Below, in pieces: positions 37,375 to 47,355 of a DNA stretch of 64,000 nucleotides (its first letter is position 1; the number at the start of each line of letters is the position of its first letter). A program made the translations under genes and the position numbers. Source of the stretch: an uncultured Oscillospiraceae bacterium (lineage in GTDB: Bacteria; Bacillota; Clostridia; Oscillospirales; Oscillospiraceae). The stretch spans positions 153 to 64,152 of the forward strand of contig CALXDD010000012.1 of NCBI GenBank assembly GCA_944386985.1, in the 5' to 3' direction. A model generated the notes under the pieces. The model had not been told where the DNA came from and searched no databases. It saw only the letters and a list, made by a program, of their open reading frames with translations.

Positions 37375-37888
37375 ACTCCTCTCTCAGCCGCCCCAACAGG
37401 CGGTAATACCGGGATTTCACCGCCGCCTCCGGCTCGCCCAGGGCGGCGGCGATTTCCGGGAAGGACTGCTCCCCGTAGAGCCGCAGCCGGAACACCATCT
37501 GGACCTGCGGGTCCAGGCCGGAGACATAGGCCTCCATCTGCTCCAGCAAAGCCCGGTCGTGAATTCGGGCGGTGAAATCCTCCTTGGATGAAACCTCCAG
37601 CTCCTCTATGGGAAGGGGCGTCAGGCGGGCTTTCCGCCGGGCGTCAATGACCTTGTTGGCGGCAATGCGGAAAAGCCAGGTGCGAAACGCACCCCGCTCC
37701 GAGCGGTAGGCGGGCAGGGCCCGCAGCATGGCCAGAAAAATGGACTGGGTCAGATCCATGGCGTCCTCCTTATGGCCGGTCTGGCGGTAGACGAAGCGGT
37801 AAATCTCGTCGTAGTTGGCCCGGATCAGCTGATCGGCCGCCCTTCGGGAGCCTCTTCGCTGTATCTCCCGAATCCATTTCTCTTCCAC
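37358..37888 (-). CDS. ECF-type RNA polymerase sigma-70 family factor
   Basis: 176 aa. Region 2 (DLTQSIFLAMLRALPAYRSERGAFRTWLFRIAANKVID) and region 4 (FPEIAAALGEPEAAVKSRYYRLL). Confidence 0.9.
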   Translation of the reverse strand: MEEKWIREIQRRGSRRAADQLIRANYDEIYRFVYRQTGHKEDAMDLTQSIFLAMLRALPAYRSERGAFRTWLFRIAANKVIDARRKARLTPLPIEELEVSSKEDFTARIHDRALLEQMEAYVSGLDPQVQMVFRLRLYGEQSFPEIAAALGEPEAAVKSRYYRLLGRLREEFDPNG

Positions 37889-38004
37889 TGTCTCACCGCC
37901 TTCCCAACTCTATATTCGCACAACAGGGTACCATCGTTTCAGAAAAAGGAAAAGAAATTTTCACCCAGAGGTCTGTGCCGGCTTGGCGGCAGGGGCCGGG
38001 ATGG

Positions 38005-38045
38005 AAAAAGCGCCCCGGACAGGAATTGCTTCCTGTCCGGGGCGC
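38005..38045 (-). terminator. Intrinsic terminator after PucR regulator 2
   Basis: 16-bp stem GCGCCCCGGACAGGAA / TTCCTGTCCGGGGCGC with a 4-nt loop. A T-run follows on the minus strand. Confidence 0.65.
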
Positions 38046-38166
38046 TTGACTTCGTTCAGACCGTTTCAGCGCACGGGGCGCGGTTTGGCGGCGGGGTATC
38101 GCAGCAAAAGAGGGGGGTGGATACAAGGATGCCGTCCGGAAGCAGACGCTCTCTGCACAGGCCGCA

Positions 38167-39711
38167 TTACTCCTCCACAGGCTCCGGTGCGAAAAAGGAC
38201 AGGCTCAGGCGAAGGCGCTCCTCCGGATTCGACAGGTCCAGATTGGTGAGCTGCTGGATGCGGTCCAGGCGGTAGATCAGGGAGTTGCGGTGGATGTAGA
38301 GCTCCTGGGCGGTCTTCTGGGTGTTCTGCTCATGGTCCAGATAGCAGCGCAGAGTGTGCAGCAGCTCCCCGTTGTTGTCCCGGTCATATTGCCGCAGGAC
38401 CGTCACGGCGGGATGACACACCAGCTCCGGCGGCACATGGGCGTAGAGGGCCGAGGCCAGGTAGGGTACGGCGATCCGGGCATAGGAGAGGAGCTGACAG
38501 CTCTTGCCGCTGCGGCAGGCGTACTCCCGGGCAGCCCGGGCCTGGAGGTAATAGGTGCGGAAGCGCCGGAGGCTCAGAAAGGTCTCGCTGTAGCCCCCGG
38601 AAGTCTCAAACTGCGGGAGGATCCCCTTCACCGTCCGGCGAAGGCGCATCTCGCGGCTCTCCCCGTCTTCACAGGAGGAGAAGGCGGCGGTCTCGTTGAT
38701 CAGCACCACCAGCTGGTCCTCATAGAGGAATGCCTTCCCCTTGAGCTGGTCCTCAAACATCTGGATCTGGAGGTTGGAAAGCGTCTGATCGATGGAGTCC
38801 CGCTGGCATGCCTCCAGGGCCAGAACGCGGTAGACGTCGCTCTCCTTCCATCCCAGGTTGTCCAGCACGGCGGCGGCCATCTCATCGTCCGCCGTCCCCT
38901 CCAGCAGATCAATAAAGTAGTAGTCAAAGAAATTTCCCGTGGTGGGCAGATACTCCGGGCATCCGCTGAGCAGATCGGTCAGGCGGTTTCCGAAAAATTC
39001 CGCAATCTCCAGCTCGTAGGCCGTTGGCTCGCCGTACATGCCGATGATGTAGAAGTGGCCGATGACCCCCTTGGGAGAGAAGATGGTCTTGCTGACAAAG
39101 GCGTTGACGAAGGCGGTGGTCTTGCAAAAGCAGAGCGCGTGGGGCGTTTCGTTCATCTTCTGGAGCTCGCCGCTGGAGATCATCCGGAAAATCACATCGA
39201 TGGGCAGGTGGCCGTGGGCGGCCTGGTAGCGCCAGATGGGGGAGATCTCACAGTAGTCCGGCTCGTCCTTGATGGCCAGCATCCGAAAGCTGGGGTCCGC
39301 CAGATACCAGGGGTTGGGCGTCACCATGGTCAGCAGGCTGAAAATGTCCATCAGGGGCCTGCGCTTGGCCACGGCCTCGTAGACCAGACCGGACCAGTGA
39401 TGAAACCGCTGAAAAGTACTCTGGACCTCGTTGAAGATCTCGCTGAAGTCCCAGGCGTCCCGAAGCCACAGCACCGGCATGCCGCCGGGAGGCGTGCGGG
39501 TCCCCAGCCAGATCAGCCCCTTGCAGCGCAGGTTCTCCCTCTCCCCGGCGGAGAGGCTCCCGGCACACATGTACACCGTGTCCTCGCTGCAGGGGACGGT
39601 GCTGCTGTAGAGCCCCACCCCCAGGAAGCTGGGGTTTGCATAGCCGTTGAGCCGGAGCTCGGCTTTGCGCCGGCGCAGGGTCCGGCACAAAAAATCCAGA
39701 GAAAGGCGCAT
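38167..39711 (-). CDS. PucR/CdaR-family transcriptional regulator (paralogous context to 9077-10555)
   Basis: Start trimmed to MRLSLDF after GGAGGG. 514 aa. C-terminal HTH: TAQELYIHRNSLIYRLDRIQQLT. Confidence 0.85.
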   Translation of the reverse strand: MRLSLDFLCRTLRRRKAELRLNGYANPSFLGVGLYSSTVPCSEDTVYMCAGSLSAGERENLRCKGLIWLGTRTPPGGMPVLWLRDAWDFSEIFNEVQSTFQRFHHWSGLVYEAVAKRRPLMDIFSLLTMVTPNPWYLADPSFRMLAIKDEPDYCEISPIWRYQAAHGHLPIDVIFRMISSGELQKMNETPHALCFCKTTAFVNAFVSKTIFSPKGVIGHFYIIGMYGEPTAYELEIAEFFGNRLTDLLSGCPEYLPTTGNFFDYYFIDLLEGTADDEMAAAVLDNLGWKESDVYRVLALEACQRDSIDQTLSNLQIQMFEDQLKGKAFLYEDQLVVLINETAAFSSCEDGESREMRLRRTVKGILPQFETSGGYSETFLSLRRFRTYYLQARAAREYACRSGKSCQLLSYARIAVPYLASALYAHVPPELVCHPAVTVLRQYDRDNNGELLHTLRCYLDHEQNTQKTAQELYIHRNSLIYRLDRIQQLTNLDLSNPEERLRLSLSFFAPEPVEE

Positions 39712-40044
39712 AACATCCCTCCTGTCCGCATGGGCGGCCCGCGGTTTTTCCAGTTTTATGATAGTACACTCTGCACAAAATTGTAAGGCAGGGATTCTGG
39801 CACAATCACAGAGAAAAATCAGTTCCCGGACCCAAGGCGCGGATTTCCGGGCTATAATCTTTACTTTTCCAGCTATATCGGAGGAAAAAATGCGGTACGT
39901 CTTGTATACAGCGCCCAAATACCTTTTCCTGACATTTGGGCAGTCTATACATTTCAGAGCAGCCGGTTTTGCTTTATTCTGGAGATAACAGGTCCGGAGA
40001 GAGACTGGAAGCACCGTCTTCACGAAAAGGAAAGGGGAGCGAAT

Positions 40045-41378
40045 ATGAGACGCATCAACAAAAAGATCAAGAGCTTGTGGGGCATATCGGAGGTGGGCTT
40101 TTCCGTCATGTCCACCATGGAGACCACCTTCCTGGTCTTCTTCCTCACCGACGTGGCCCAGCTGCCTCTGGGGATCTCCGGCGTGATCACCGGTTTTTCC
40201 GCCCTGGCGGACGCCATCAGCGCCGTGGTGGCCGGCATCGTCATCGACAAGGTGAGCTTTAAGGTGGGAAAATACCGGCAGTGGCTGCTGTACTGTCCCC
40301 CCGTCGTCACCGTGTTTTTCATCTTCTGCTTTACCAAGATCGGCGGCGACGTCATGGCCGGCGTCATCATCGGCGTGGGCTACGTTCTCAGCCACTTTAT
40401 CTGGAACATCGCCTGGACCGCCAACCGCAACCTCATCCCCGTGCTCACCGACGACCCCGGCGAGCGTGCCTTCCTCTCCGGGCGCATCGCCGTGGGCTCC
40501 TCCTTAGGCAAGATCATCGCCTCCTACCTGGTGCCCTTCCTGGGCACGGCCTTCCTGGCGGTCTTCTCCGGCGTGACGGCCTATACCGTCATCGCGGTGA
40601 TCGCCTGCGTTCTGTACATGATCTGCTACTTCATCCACTACGGCATTACCGCCGGGTATGACACGGAGGTCTACGCCGGGAAAAAGGCCGTCACCTTCAA
40701 GGACATGGCCAAGGGCATCGCCTCCAATCCCCATCTCATCGCGATTTTGCTCCACGACGCCATCCGCCTGGTGGCCTATTACGGCATTGCCGCCGCCACC
40801 TCCTACTACGCCAAGGTGGTGCTGGAGGACTCCGCGGTGGCCTCCTGGCTGCTGATCATGTTCTACGCCGGAAATGTGGTGGGCTCCAACTTCTCCACCA
40901 CCTTCTCCAAGCGCATCGGCGCCCGGAAGACCTCCGCCTTCGGCTGCATCGGCTGCGCGGTATTTATGGCCCTGTGCTATATTCTGCCGGCCCAGACCGC
41001 CGTCATCGCCGTGTGCATGTTCCTGGCCCAGCTGATCTTCGGCGTGGCCTACGCAACCTCTACGCCATGTGCGGCACCTACAGCGTCTGGAAGACCGGCG
41101 AGGACACCCGGGGCGTGGTCATGGTCTTCTGCTCCCTGGCCATCAAGCTGGGCGTGGCCATCCGCGGCGTGCTGATCACCGCCCTGCTTACCTGGATCGC
41201 CTATGACCCCAACGCCGCGGTCATCACCCCCGAGGCCCAGGGGAGCATCAAGTTCATGTTCGCCATCGTCTTTTCCATCATCATGCTGGTGTCCCTGATT
41301 CCCCTGCTGGGCTTCCGTCTGGATGAACAGCGGGTGGCGGAGATGGAGCAGGAAATTGCCAAGCGGGCCCAGAACTGA
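40045..41378 (+). pseudogene. GPH/MFS transporter interrupted by an apparent 1-nt deletion
   Basis: The frame starting at 40045 reads GPH-like sequence up to ..LAQLIFGVAY (about 41052). Family-like sequence then continues in the -1 frame (NLYAMCGTYSVWKTGEDTRGVVM...) to 41378. Confidence 0.75.
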
Positions 41379-41441
41379 TATCCGCCGGTTTGTTCCTACT
41401 GTTGTCCATTCACCATATATTTTTTAAGGAGGTATTTTCCC

Positions 41442-42443
41442 ATGCTGACTGCTGTTGAAAATCTGAAGGAAACCCTGAAGGTTTCCGGCAAACCCGACCG
41501 CCTGGTCAACGACTACGAGGCCTTCGGTATTGTGGACAAGGACCCCATCTATGTCCTGACCCGGGGCAACCGCGTCAAGGGCAAGACCACCAAGGACGCC
41601 TGGGGCGTCACCATCGCCTGGCCGGAGGAGCAGCTCTATGCCTTCCCCACCGAGCAGGACAAGGTCTGCCCGGATATCACCGAGTGGAAGGACACCGTGA
41701 AGATCCCCGACCTGGCGGGCAAGTGCTCCGACCCGGCCCTGTGGAAGGACGCCATTGCCCAAGCGGAGCAGTTCCGCAAGGAGGGCAAGCTGGTCACCGC
41801 CTACATGGGCACCGGTATTTTTGAGCAGTCCCACGATCTGATGGGCATGGCCGACGCCTGCATGAATCTCCTGCTGGAGCCGGAGGATATGCACGATCTG
41901 CTGGACGCCATCGGCGAGTACCGCTACCAGTACGCCAAGCTGCTCATCGAGAACATCCACCCCGACGCCATTCTCTCCCACGACGACTGGGGCTCCAAGA
42001 CCAGCCTCTTCATGTCCCCGGACACCTGGCGGGAGTTCTTCAAGCCCCTGTACGCCCGGATTTACGGGCTGATGAAGGAGAACGGCGTCATGGTCATCCA
42101 CCACGCAGACAGCTTCCTGGAGCCTCTGGCGGAGGACATGGTGGACCTTGGCATCGACATCTGGCAGGGCGTTTTGAACACCAACAACATCCTGAAGCTC
42201 CAGGAGCAGCTCCAGGGCAGAATGACCCTGATGGGCGGCGTGGACTCCTGGGTGGACCGTCCCGACTCCACCGAGGCGGAGATCCGCGCCGAGGTGCGGA
42301 AGGTCTGCGAGACCTACGGTCCCGGCGGCCACTTCATCCCCAGCATCACCTACGGCCGCCCCGGCACCCTCTACCCCCATGTCAACCCGACCCTGGCGGA
42401 CGAGATCCGCAAGTACAATCAGGAGACCTACGGCATCGGCTGA
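41442..42443 (+). CDS. URO-D family protein, MtaA/CmuA-like methyltransferase paralog 4
   Basis: 333 aa. RBS AAGGAGG. URO-D-like core VIHHADSFLEPLAEDMVDLGIDIW. Confidence 0.9.
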   Translation: MLTAVENLKETLKVSGKPDRLVNDYEAFGIVDKDPIYVLTRGNRVKGKTTKDAWGVTIAWPEEQLYAFPTEQDKVCPDITEWKDTVKIPDLAGKCSDPALWKDAIAQAEQFRKEGKLVTAYMGTGIFEQSHDLMGMADACMNLLLEPEDMHDLLDAIGEYRYQYAKLLIENIHPDAILSHDDWGSKTSLFMSPDTWREFFKPLYARIYGLMKENGVMVIHHADSFLEPLAEDMVDLGIDIWQGVLNTNNILKLQEQLQGRMTLMGGVDSWVDRPDSTEAEIRAEVRKVCETYGPGGHFIPSITYGRPGTLYPHVNPTLADEIRKYNQETYGIG

Positions 42444-42471
42444 TATCCCGCCGCTGCTCTCCGCCGTCTCT

Positions 42472-42504
42472 GCTGCCCCGGCTTTCCGCCGGGGCAGCTT
42501 TTTT
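42472..42504 (+). terminator. Intrinsic terminator
   Basis: GCTGCCCCGGC tttcc GCCGGGGCAGC followed by TTTTTT. Confidence 0.75.
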
Positions 42505-42669
42505 GTCTCCCGGCAAAAGGCCCTGACAATGGAGCCCCTTGCAAGAAGCATCCATCACATTTATAATAAAGGAAGCTTATCAAATCAGGACAGTCTCCCG
42601 GAACAGCCGGGGGCAGGGCGCGATACAGGTGGTGAAACCGTGGGCAATTCCATACCGGACGAGGCACAG

Positions 42670-43134
42670 ATGACAATATTATATCAGGAAATGTACGGGC
42701 GGATGGTTGCCTATGCCTCCAGTGTTCTGGGGAGTCGGAATTTGGCGGAAGAGGCGGTGCAGGACACCTTCTGTATTTTTTGTACGAAAGCGGAGACGGC
42801 TTTGCGGCACGAAAACCCCCAGGGGTGGCTGATGCGGACGCTCCAGAATGTGATGCGGAACATGCAGCGGCGCCGGGCCGCCATGAACCGGCTGATCATG
42901 CAGTCTTTGCAGGTGGAGGATTTGGAGGAGCTGCTGGTCTATGACCAGGAGGATGTGGATCTTCTCTACGGCGATCTGGCCGCCCGGGCTGATTTTCAGC
43001 TGCTCAAGCGGGTCGTGCTGGACGGCTGCACCATGCTGGAGGCTGCGGAGGAGTGCGGAATCTCCGTGGAGGCGTGCAAGAAGCGGATCCAGCGGATTCG
43101 AACCTATCTGAAAAAGAAACTCTCTGATTTTTGA
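42670..43134 (+). CDS. Sigma-70 family RNA polymerase sigma factor (small, ECF-like)
   Basis: About 154 aa. Region 2-like EEAVQDTFCIFCTK and region 4 HTH MLEAAEECGISVEACKKRIQRIR. An alternative GTG start lies at 42640. Confidence 0.8.
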   Translation: MTILYQEMYGRMVAYASSVLGSRNLAEEAVQDTFCIFCTKAETALRHENPQGWLMRTLQNVMRNMQRRRAAMNRLIMQSLQVEDLEELLVYDQEDVDLLYGDLAARADFQLLKRVVLDGCTMLEAAEECGISVEACKKRIQRIRTYLKKKLSDF

Positions 43135-43174
43135 GTTTCATGTCCCGAATTCAACCTTCTTGCACATAAACTTT

Positions 43175-44116
43175 ATGAAAGGGGGGAGCGCGGTGTCCGC
43201 ACCAGAGGAGAAGAAAAAGCGGGAGTATTCCCGTTACGACCAGATGAGCACGGCAGAGCTGGAACAGCTTCTCCGTCTGGATTTCTATGGGTCTGAAGGC
43301 GGAGCTGCCGATCTGGATACCATTTTGTATCTCTCGGACCTGCTGGCCAGGCGAAACGGGCCATCCGATCCAGAGGCCGCCTGGGAGCAGTTCCAGACCA
43401 AATACCGCCCCTATGCCCATGGGCGCTCCCTGTATGATTTTGAGGACGGGGAAGACGTCTCCCCGGCAAAGGCGGAGCAGGTCCCTCCCGCAGTCCGGCC
43501 CCGGCGCACCCGGCGCCTGCGGCGGCTGGCCGTGCTGGCCGCCGTCCTGGCGGCGCTCTTTCTGTGCGGCATGGCGGCCCAGGCCGGCGGCATGGATATT
43601 TTAGACGCTATCGCCCAGTGGACGGATGAAACCTTCCGCTTTACTTCCGCTGCCTCCGGCTCCGGCACAGGCCAGGAGAACACTGTGCAGTATCAGGCCC
43701 CTCTCCAGGCAGTCGGGATGGACAGCCTGTTTCCCACATGGAGTCCCGACGGCTTCACCCCCGGAGAACTGAAAATTACCGAGCTGAACGACAGCGTGTC
43801 CGCACATGTGAACTTCTTCGGAGAGGACCGGACCTATTCGGTTACGATTGTGCATTTCACGCAGCCCACCGACAACACCGGCACCTTTGAAAAGGACGAC
43901 ACCCCCGTGGAGGAGTATGACCACAGCGGCCAGACCTTCTATATTCTCTCCAATATAGACACCCTGACCGCCGCCGCCTTTGACGGGGAGTTTATGACCA
44001 TGATCTGCGGCAGCCTGACCCGGGAGGAGATCAAAGCCGTCATCGACTCCATCCCCAGCCCGCAGGCCCTGCAAAACCAGGAACAGGTACAGGATTCCCC
44101 GGCGGAGCAGGGGTAG
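43175..44116 (+). CDS. Single-pass membrane protein in the anti-sigma position (DUF4367-like C-terminal domain)
   Basis: About 313 aa. TM segment LAVLAAVLAALFLCGMAA. Sits immediately downstream of the sigma gene. The start is ambiguous (43160, 43175 or 43193). Confidence 0.75.
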   Translation: MKGGSAVSAPEEKKKREYSRYDQMSTAELEQLLRLDFYGSEGGAADLDTILYLSDLLARRNGPSDPEAAWEQFQTKYRPYAHGRSLYDFEDGEDVSPAKAEQVPPAVRPRRTRRLRRLAVLAAVLAALFLCGMAAQAGGMDILDAIAQWTDETFRFTSAASGSGTGQENTVQYQAPLQAVGMDSLFPTWSPDGFTPGELKITELNDSVSAHVNFFGEDRTYSVTIVHFTQPTDNTGTFEKDDTPVEEYDHSGQTFYILSNIDTLTAAAFDGEFMTMICGSLTREEIKAVIDSIPSPQALQNQEQVQDSPAEQG

Positions 44117-44185
44117 CAGCATACTTGAAACATTTCCGGCGGCGCTCAGCAGCGTCACCCCGCAGACAGACCATCCAGCCCCCGC

Positions 44186-44229
44186 ACGGAGGGGACCGTT
44201 TTTTTGAGAACGGTCCCCTCCGTCTTTTG
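44186..44229 (+). terminator. Intrinsic terminator
   Basis: 15-bp stem ACGGAGGGGACCGTT / AACGGTCCCCTCCGT followed by CTTTTG. Confidence 0.7.
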
Positions 44230-44633
44230 CTGTCCCGCCATAAAAATCAGCCGCTCCAAATTTTTTGTCCCCCCGCCGCATTCTCATGACATCAACCAAT
44301 ATGGAGGGAATCATTTCCAGGCGCGGCGGGCCGGCGGGCAGACAACGGATCTTGCAATCCGGTGAATTGCGGCCCGGCAGCGCAATACAATGAAGGTGTG
44401 TGTTAAAGATCAGTATTCTTCTTGTCTTTGACATATCTGTGCCGTATTCCTGCGTCAAGCATCAGAATCTACGCAAATCCGCTCCATTTGTTTTCCAGCG
44501 CGCAGACGGAATTACGGGGATGCAATCCACAAGAAAAGCCTCTGCTTTTCTGTGATTTGATTCAAAACCGGCGTCCGCCGAACCGGACGGCCGCGGCTTG
44601 ACCCAAGGAATGCGAGAAAGGAAGAAGGAATAA

Positions 44634-46403
44634 ATGAAAACAGAGAGAAAAGAAAATGTGCTGACCGGTCTGGTGGGAGCGTTTTTGGGCTCCCTCATCG
44701 GCGTGGCCTGTATTGTGTGGATTGGCCAGCTGGGCTATGTGGCCTCCCTCAGCGGCGTAGTGATGGCCGTATGCGCCATCAAGGGCTACTCCCTGCTGGG
44801 CGGCGCCATGAGCCGGAAGGGCGCGGTGATCGCCTGCTTTTTGACCATCATCATGACCTATTTGGGCAACCGGCTGGACTTTGCCGTCAGTGTGGCCCGG
44901 GCGGCAGAGGTGGACATCTTTACCGCGTTTCAGGCCATGGGGGAGCTGCTGAACGGCGGCTACATCAACGGCGCGGCCTACTGGGGAACCCTTATCATGC
45001 TGTATCTGTTTACCCTGGTGGGAGCGGTGCCTACCCTCATCTCCGCCTTTCGCCGGGCCACGCCGGTCAGCATGCCCGAGAGTGCAAGCGGCGCGGCGGT
45101 CCCTTCGGAGACAGCGGCGTCCTCCGCCCAGCTCTACCCCTTCGCGGGGCTTTCCTGGACCCGCCGCCTGCGGCTGAGCCTTTGCCTGCCCCTCCTTCTG
45201 CCCATTGTTGTGATCATTGCCGCCATTTTCTTCCTGCTTACCCGCTTCGGCGACAACCTCAACTCGTCGATTCCCTCCCTCTCAGCGCTGCTGGGCGCGA
45301 CGGTGGGGCTGATTGCGGGGGCGCTGTGGATGCTGCACCGGCTGTACGCCCTCCAGTGCCCGCAGCTTGTGTTCGTGCGGATGGACGGGGAGCTGTGGCG
45401 GGTGGATTTGGCACGGCTCAACTGTGTTGAGCCCTACCGCTTCAGCACCAAGTCCAGCGCCGTGCGGCTTCTGCGGTGGGAGATTCTCACGGAGGAGGAG
45501 CGGCAGCGGGCCCGCTCCGCCATAGAGCGGGTCATCCGCTCCATCCGCGCCGGAGAGATCATGCCCGACAGCATGCTGCGGCGGATCGTACTGTACTTAC
45601 CGGACCCCCAGCTGCTGCAGGAGACCACCTGGACCTGGAAGATCTCCTACGCCCTGAACGCCGGGGGAAACAGCCGCCGGAAAACCATGACCATCGGCAA
45701 GGTCTACCCCGGCTTCACCCCGGCGCCGGGAGCCACCCCGCCCAAGGGGCCTCTGCCCGCCCAGTGGAGCTTTGTCCTCCTGCCCCTGGCCCTGACCCTC
45801 CTCCTGGCGCTGGTAGGACTGGGTATGGGGTTGTCCCTGTCCGGCGGTCTGAACAGCGGCAGCCGGCCGGACAGCAGCGGAGCCGGCGGCGAAGCGGGCT
45901 CCGCTATCCCCCAGGTACAGCCGGAATCTTTTGTGGATTATGAGCAAAACGGCGTCCGCTTCCAGATCGACAGCACCTTCCAGGATATGGACGGCGCCGG
46001 GGAGTTCATGGACCCGGACACCGGCACGATCTACATGATCGGGGTGCAGCCGGGGCTGGACGCGGAGACGGCCCTGGATGTGCTGCTGGCGCCTCTCGGG
46101 GACGCCAGAATGCTGGACACCTATCAGGATTTCGCCTTCGCCTACCCCTATGAGGAGGAGGATCTGGTGGATCTGCAGGCGGAGGACGGCGCCGTCTATC
46201 AACACAATCTGCTGACCATCCACTTCACCGACGGCCAGGCCTTCCACAGCGCCGTCTCCCTGTCCGATTCCGGCACGCTGATCCAGATCATGGCCATTCA
46301 GGACAGCCGGGACGAGGAGGCGCAGGTCATGGGTATGATCCGGTACCTGCTGACCACCCTGACAACCACACAGGCTTCGGGGCAGGGAGAAAATCCCCTG
46401 TAA
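44634..46403 (+). CDS. Large polytopic membrane protein, unknown function
   Basis: 589 aa. RBS AGGAAGAAGGA. TM clusters lie at the N-terminus, at about residue 180-250 and at about residue 385-410. The C-terminal domain is soluble. Confidence 0.75.
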   Translation: MKTERKENVLTGLVGAFLGSLIGVACIVWIGQLGYVASLSGVVMAVCAIKGYSLLGGAMSRKGAVIACFLTIIMTYLGNRLDFAVSVARAAEVDIFTAFQAMGELLNGGYINGAAYWGTLIMLYLFTLVGAVPTLISAFRRATPVSMPESASGAAVPSETAASSAQLYPFAGLSWTRRLRLSLCLPLLLPIVVIIAAIFFLLTRFGDNLNSSIPSLSALLGATVGLIAGALWMLHRLYALQCPQLVFVRMDGELWRVDLARLNCVEPYRFSTKSSAVRLLRWEILTEEERQRARSAIERVIRSIRAGEIMPDSMLRRIVLYLPDPQLLQETTWTWKISYALNAGGNSRRKTMTIGKVYPGFTPAPGATPPKGPLPAQWSFVLLPLALTLLLALVGLGMGLSLSGGLNSGSRPDSSGAGGEAGSAIPQVQPESFVDYEQNGVRFQIDSTFQDMDGAGEFMDPDTGTIYMIGVQPGLDAETALDVLLAPLGDARMLDTYQDFAFAYPYEEEDLVDLQAEDGAVYQHNLLTIHFTDGQAFHSAVSLSDSGTLIQIMAIQDSRDEEAQVMGMIRYLLTTLTTTQASGQGENPL

Positions 46404-46474
46404 TAGGCAAAGACGCACAGCTGCCCCCTGCCGCCTTTGCCGGAGTATAACTTAGAATATTGGGAGAAAAATCT

Positions 46475-47308
46475 ATGCCATTCAAAATTATCGCTTTACT
46501 GCTTATTCTTATTTTTGGTTCCTTTATCTTCGCAAAAGTCTATGAAACAGGCCCCATCATCTGGCTCAAGCGGTCTGCCCGGCGCAGCCGGGCCCTGGAG
46601 GGAGCCGACCGCCGGGAGCTGGTGGCCAGAGTCCAGCAGCTGCTGCCCCAGGCCAATGACGGCAACGTGGTGTTCTCTCTCCACCGGGAGAGCTCCAGCA
46701 GCGGCGGCAGCCAGTTTACCATCCTGAGCACCACTTACTACCCCATGGTATTTGTGGTGGACGGGGATTCCTTCTGGATGATCCCCATGGCTTATGACAA
46801 GCGGAAGCGGGTCTATGCCCTGGGCGCTCCCCAGCGATTCTCTGCCGCCGATGTGCGCCAGATGCGCCTCACCGGAAAGCGGGGGAAAACCCTGACCTTC
46901 ACTTTTCATCTGGAGCTGGACGGCCGGAAGCGGGAGATTGACATGGATCTGACCCCCTACCAGTTCCGCAAGAACGCCTTCTATCCCTTCGACTTCATGC
47001 AGGAGGCGGCCTGTGAGCGAGCCATGGAGCTGGCGGAAAGGATGGCCCTTACCGCCTGCCAGATGACTCCGGAGGCGCTGGAGGAAGGGCGGCTGAAGGA
47101 TGAGTGCGACAACTACGCCACCTACGCCGCCGGCATCGGTATGCTGGGCTTCTTTGCCTCCCCCTCGAAAAGCCTGATCGCTGTGGCGCCCTTTTTCGCA
47201 GTCTCCCTGATCCTCTTCGGCGTGATGATTTCCAAAAAACGCTTCCCCAAGATCAGCGCGGTGATCGTGCTCCTCGAGGCCTTTGCCTCCTACCAATTTA
47301 TGCGCTGA
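46475..47308 (+). CDS. Membrane protein with a PH-like central domain, unknown function
   Basis: 277 aa. N-terminal TM segment and two C-terminal TM segments. Confidence 0.7.
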   Translation: MPFKIIALLLILIFGSFIFAKVYETGPIIWLKRSARRSRALEGADRRELVARVQQLLPQANDGNVVFSLHRESSSSGGSQFTILSTTYYPMVFVVDGDSFWMIPMAYDKRKRVYALGAPQRFSAADVRQMRLTGKRGKTLTFTFHLELDGRKREIDMDLTPYQFRKNAFYPFDFMQEAACERAMELAERMALTACQMTPEALEEGRLKDECDNYATYAAGIGMLGFFASPSKSLIAVAPFFAVSLILFGVMISKKRFPKISAVIVLLEAFASYQFMR

Positions 47309-47355
47309 GTGTTCCAAGTCCGTTTGATAAATGACATAGAAAAGGAGAAGCCCAT

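Noticed and set aside
38167-40395. N-terminal read-through extensions in the track: 742-aa version of PucR2; 17417-18979; 25505-26998; 23475-24410; 12079-13236; 56557-57813; 57832-58386
   Set aside because: In each case an internal ATG (one TTG or GTG elsewhere) preceded by a good RBS begins the family-like sequence. The upstream extension is low-complexity or crosses an intergenic promoter or terminator. The 742-aa version also runs antisense into the MFS gene.
44230-44633. Possible c-di-GMP or other riboswitch in the ~400-nt leader before the 589-aa membrane protein gene
   Set aside because: Only short fragments such as ACGCAAATCC resemble GEMM-type motifs. I could not build a consistent secondary structure by eye.
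41424-46418. Minus-strand ORFs 41424-42551, 43601-44458 and 45597-46418, plus 46496-47368
   Set aside because: They are antisense to better-supported plus-strand genes with RBSs, and their translations are low-complexity.
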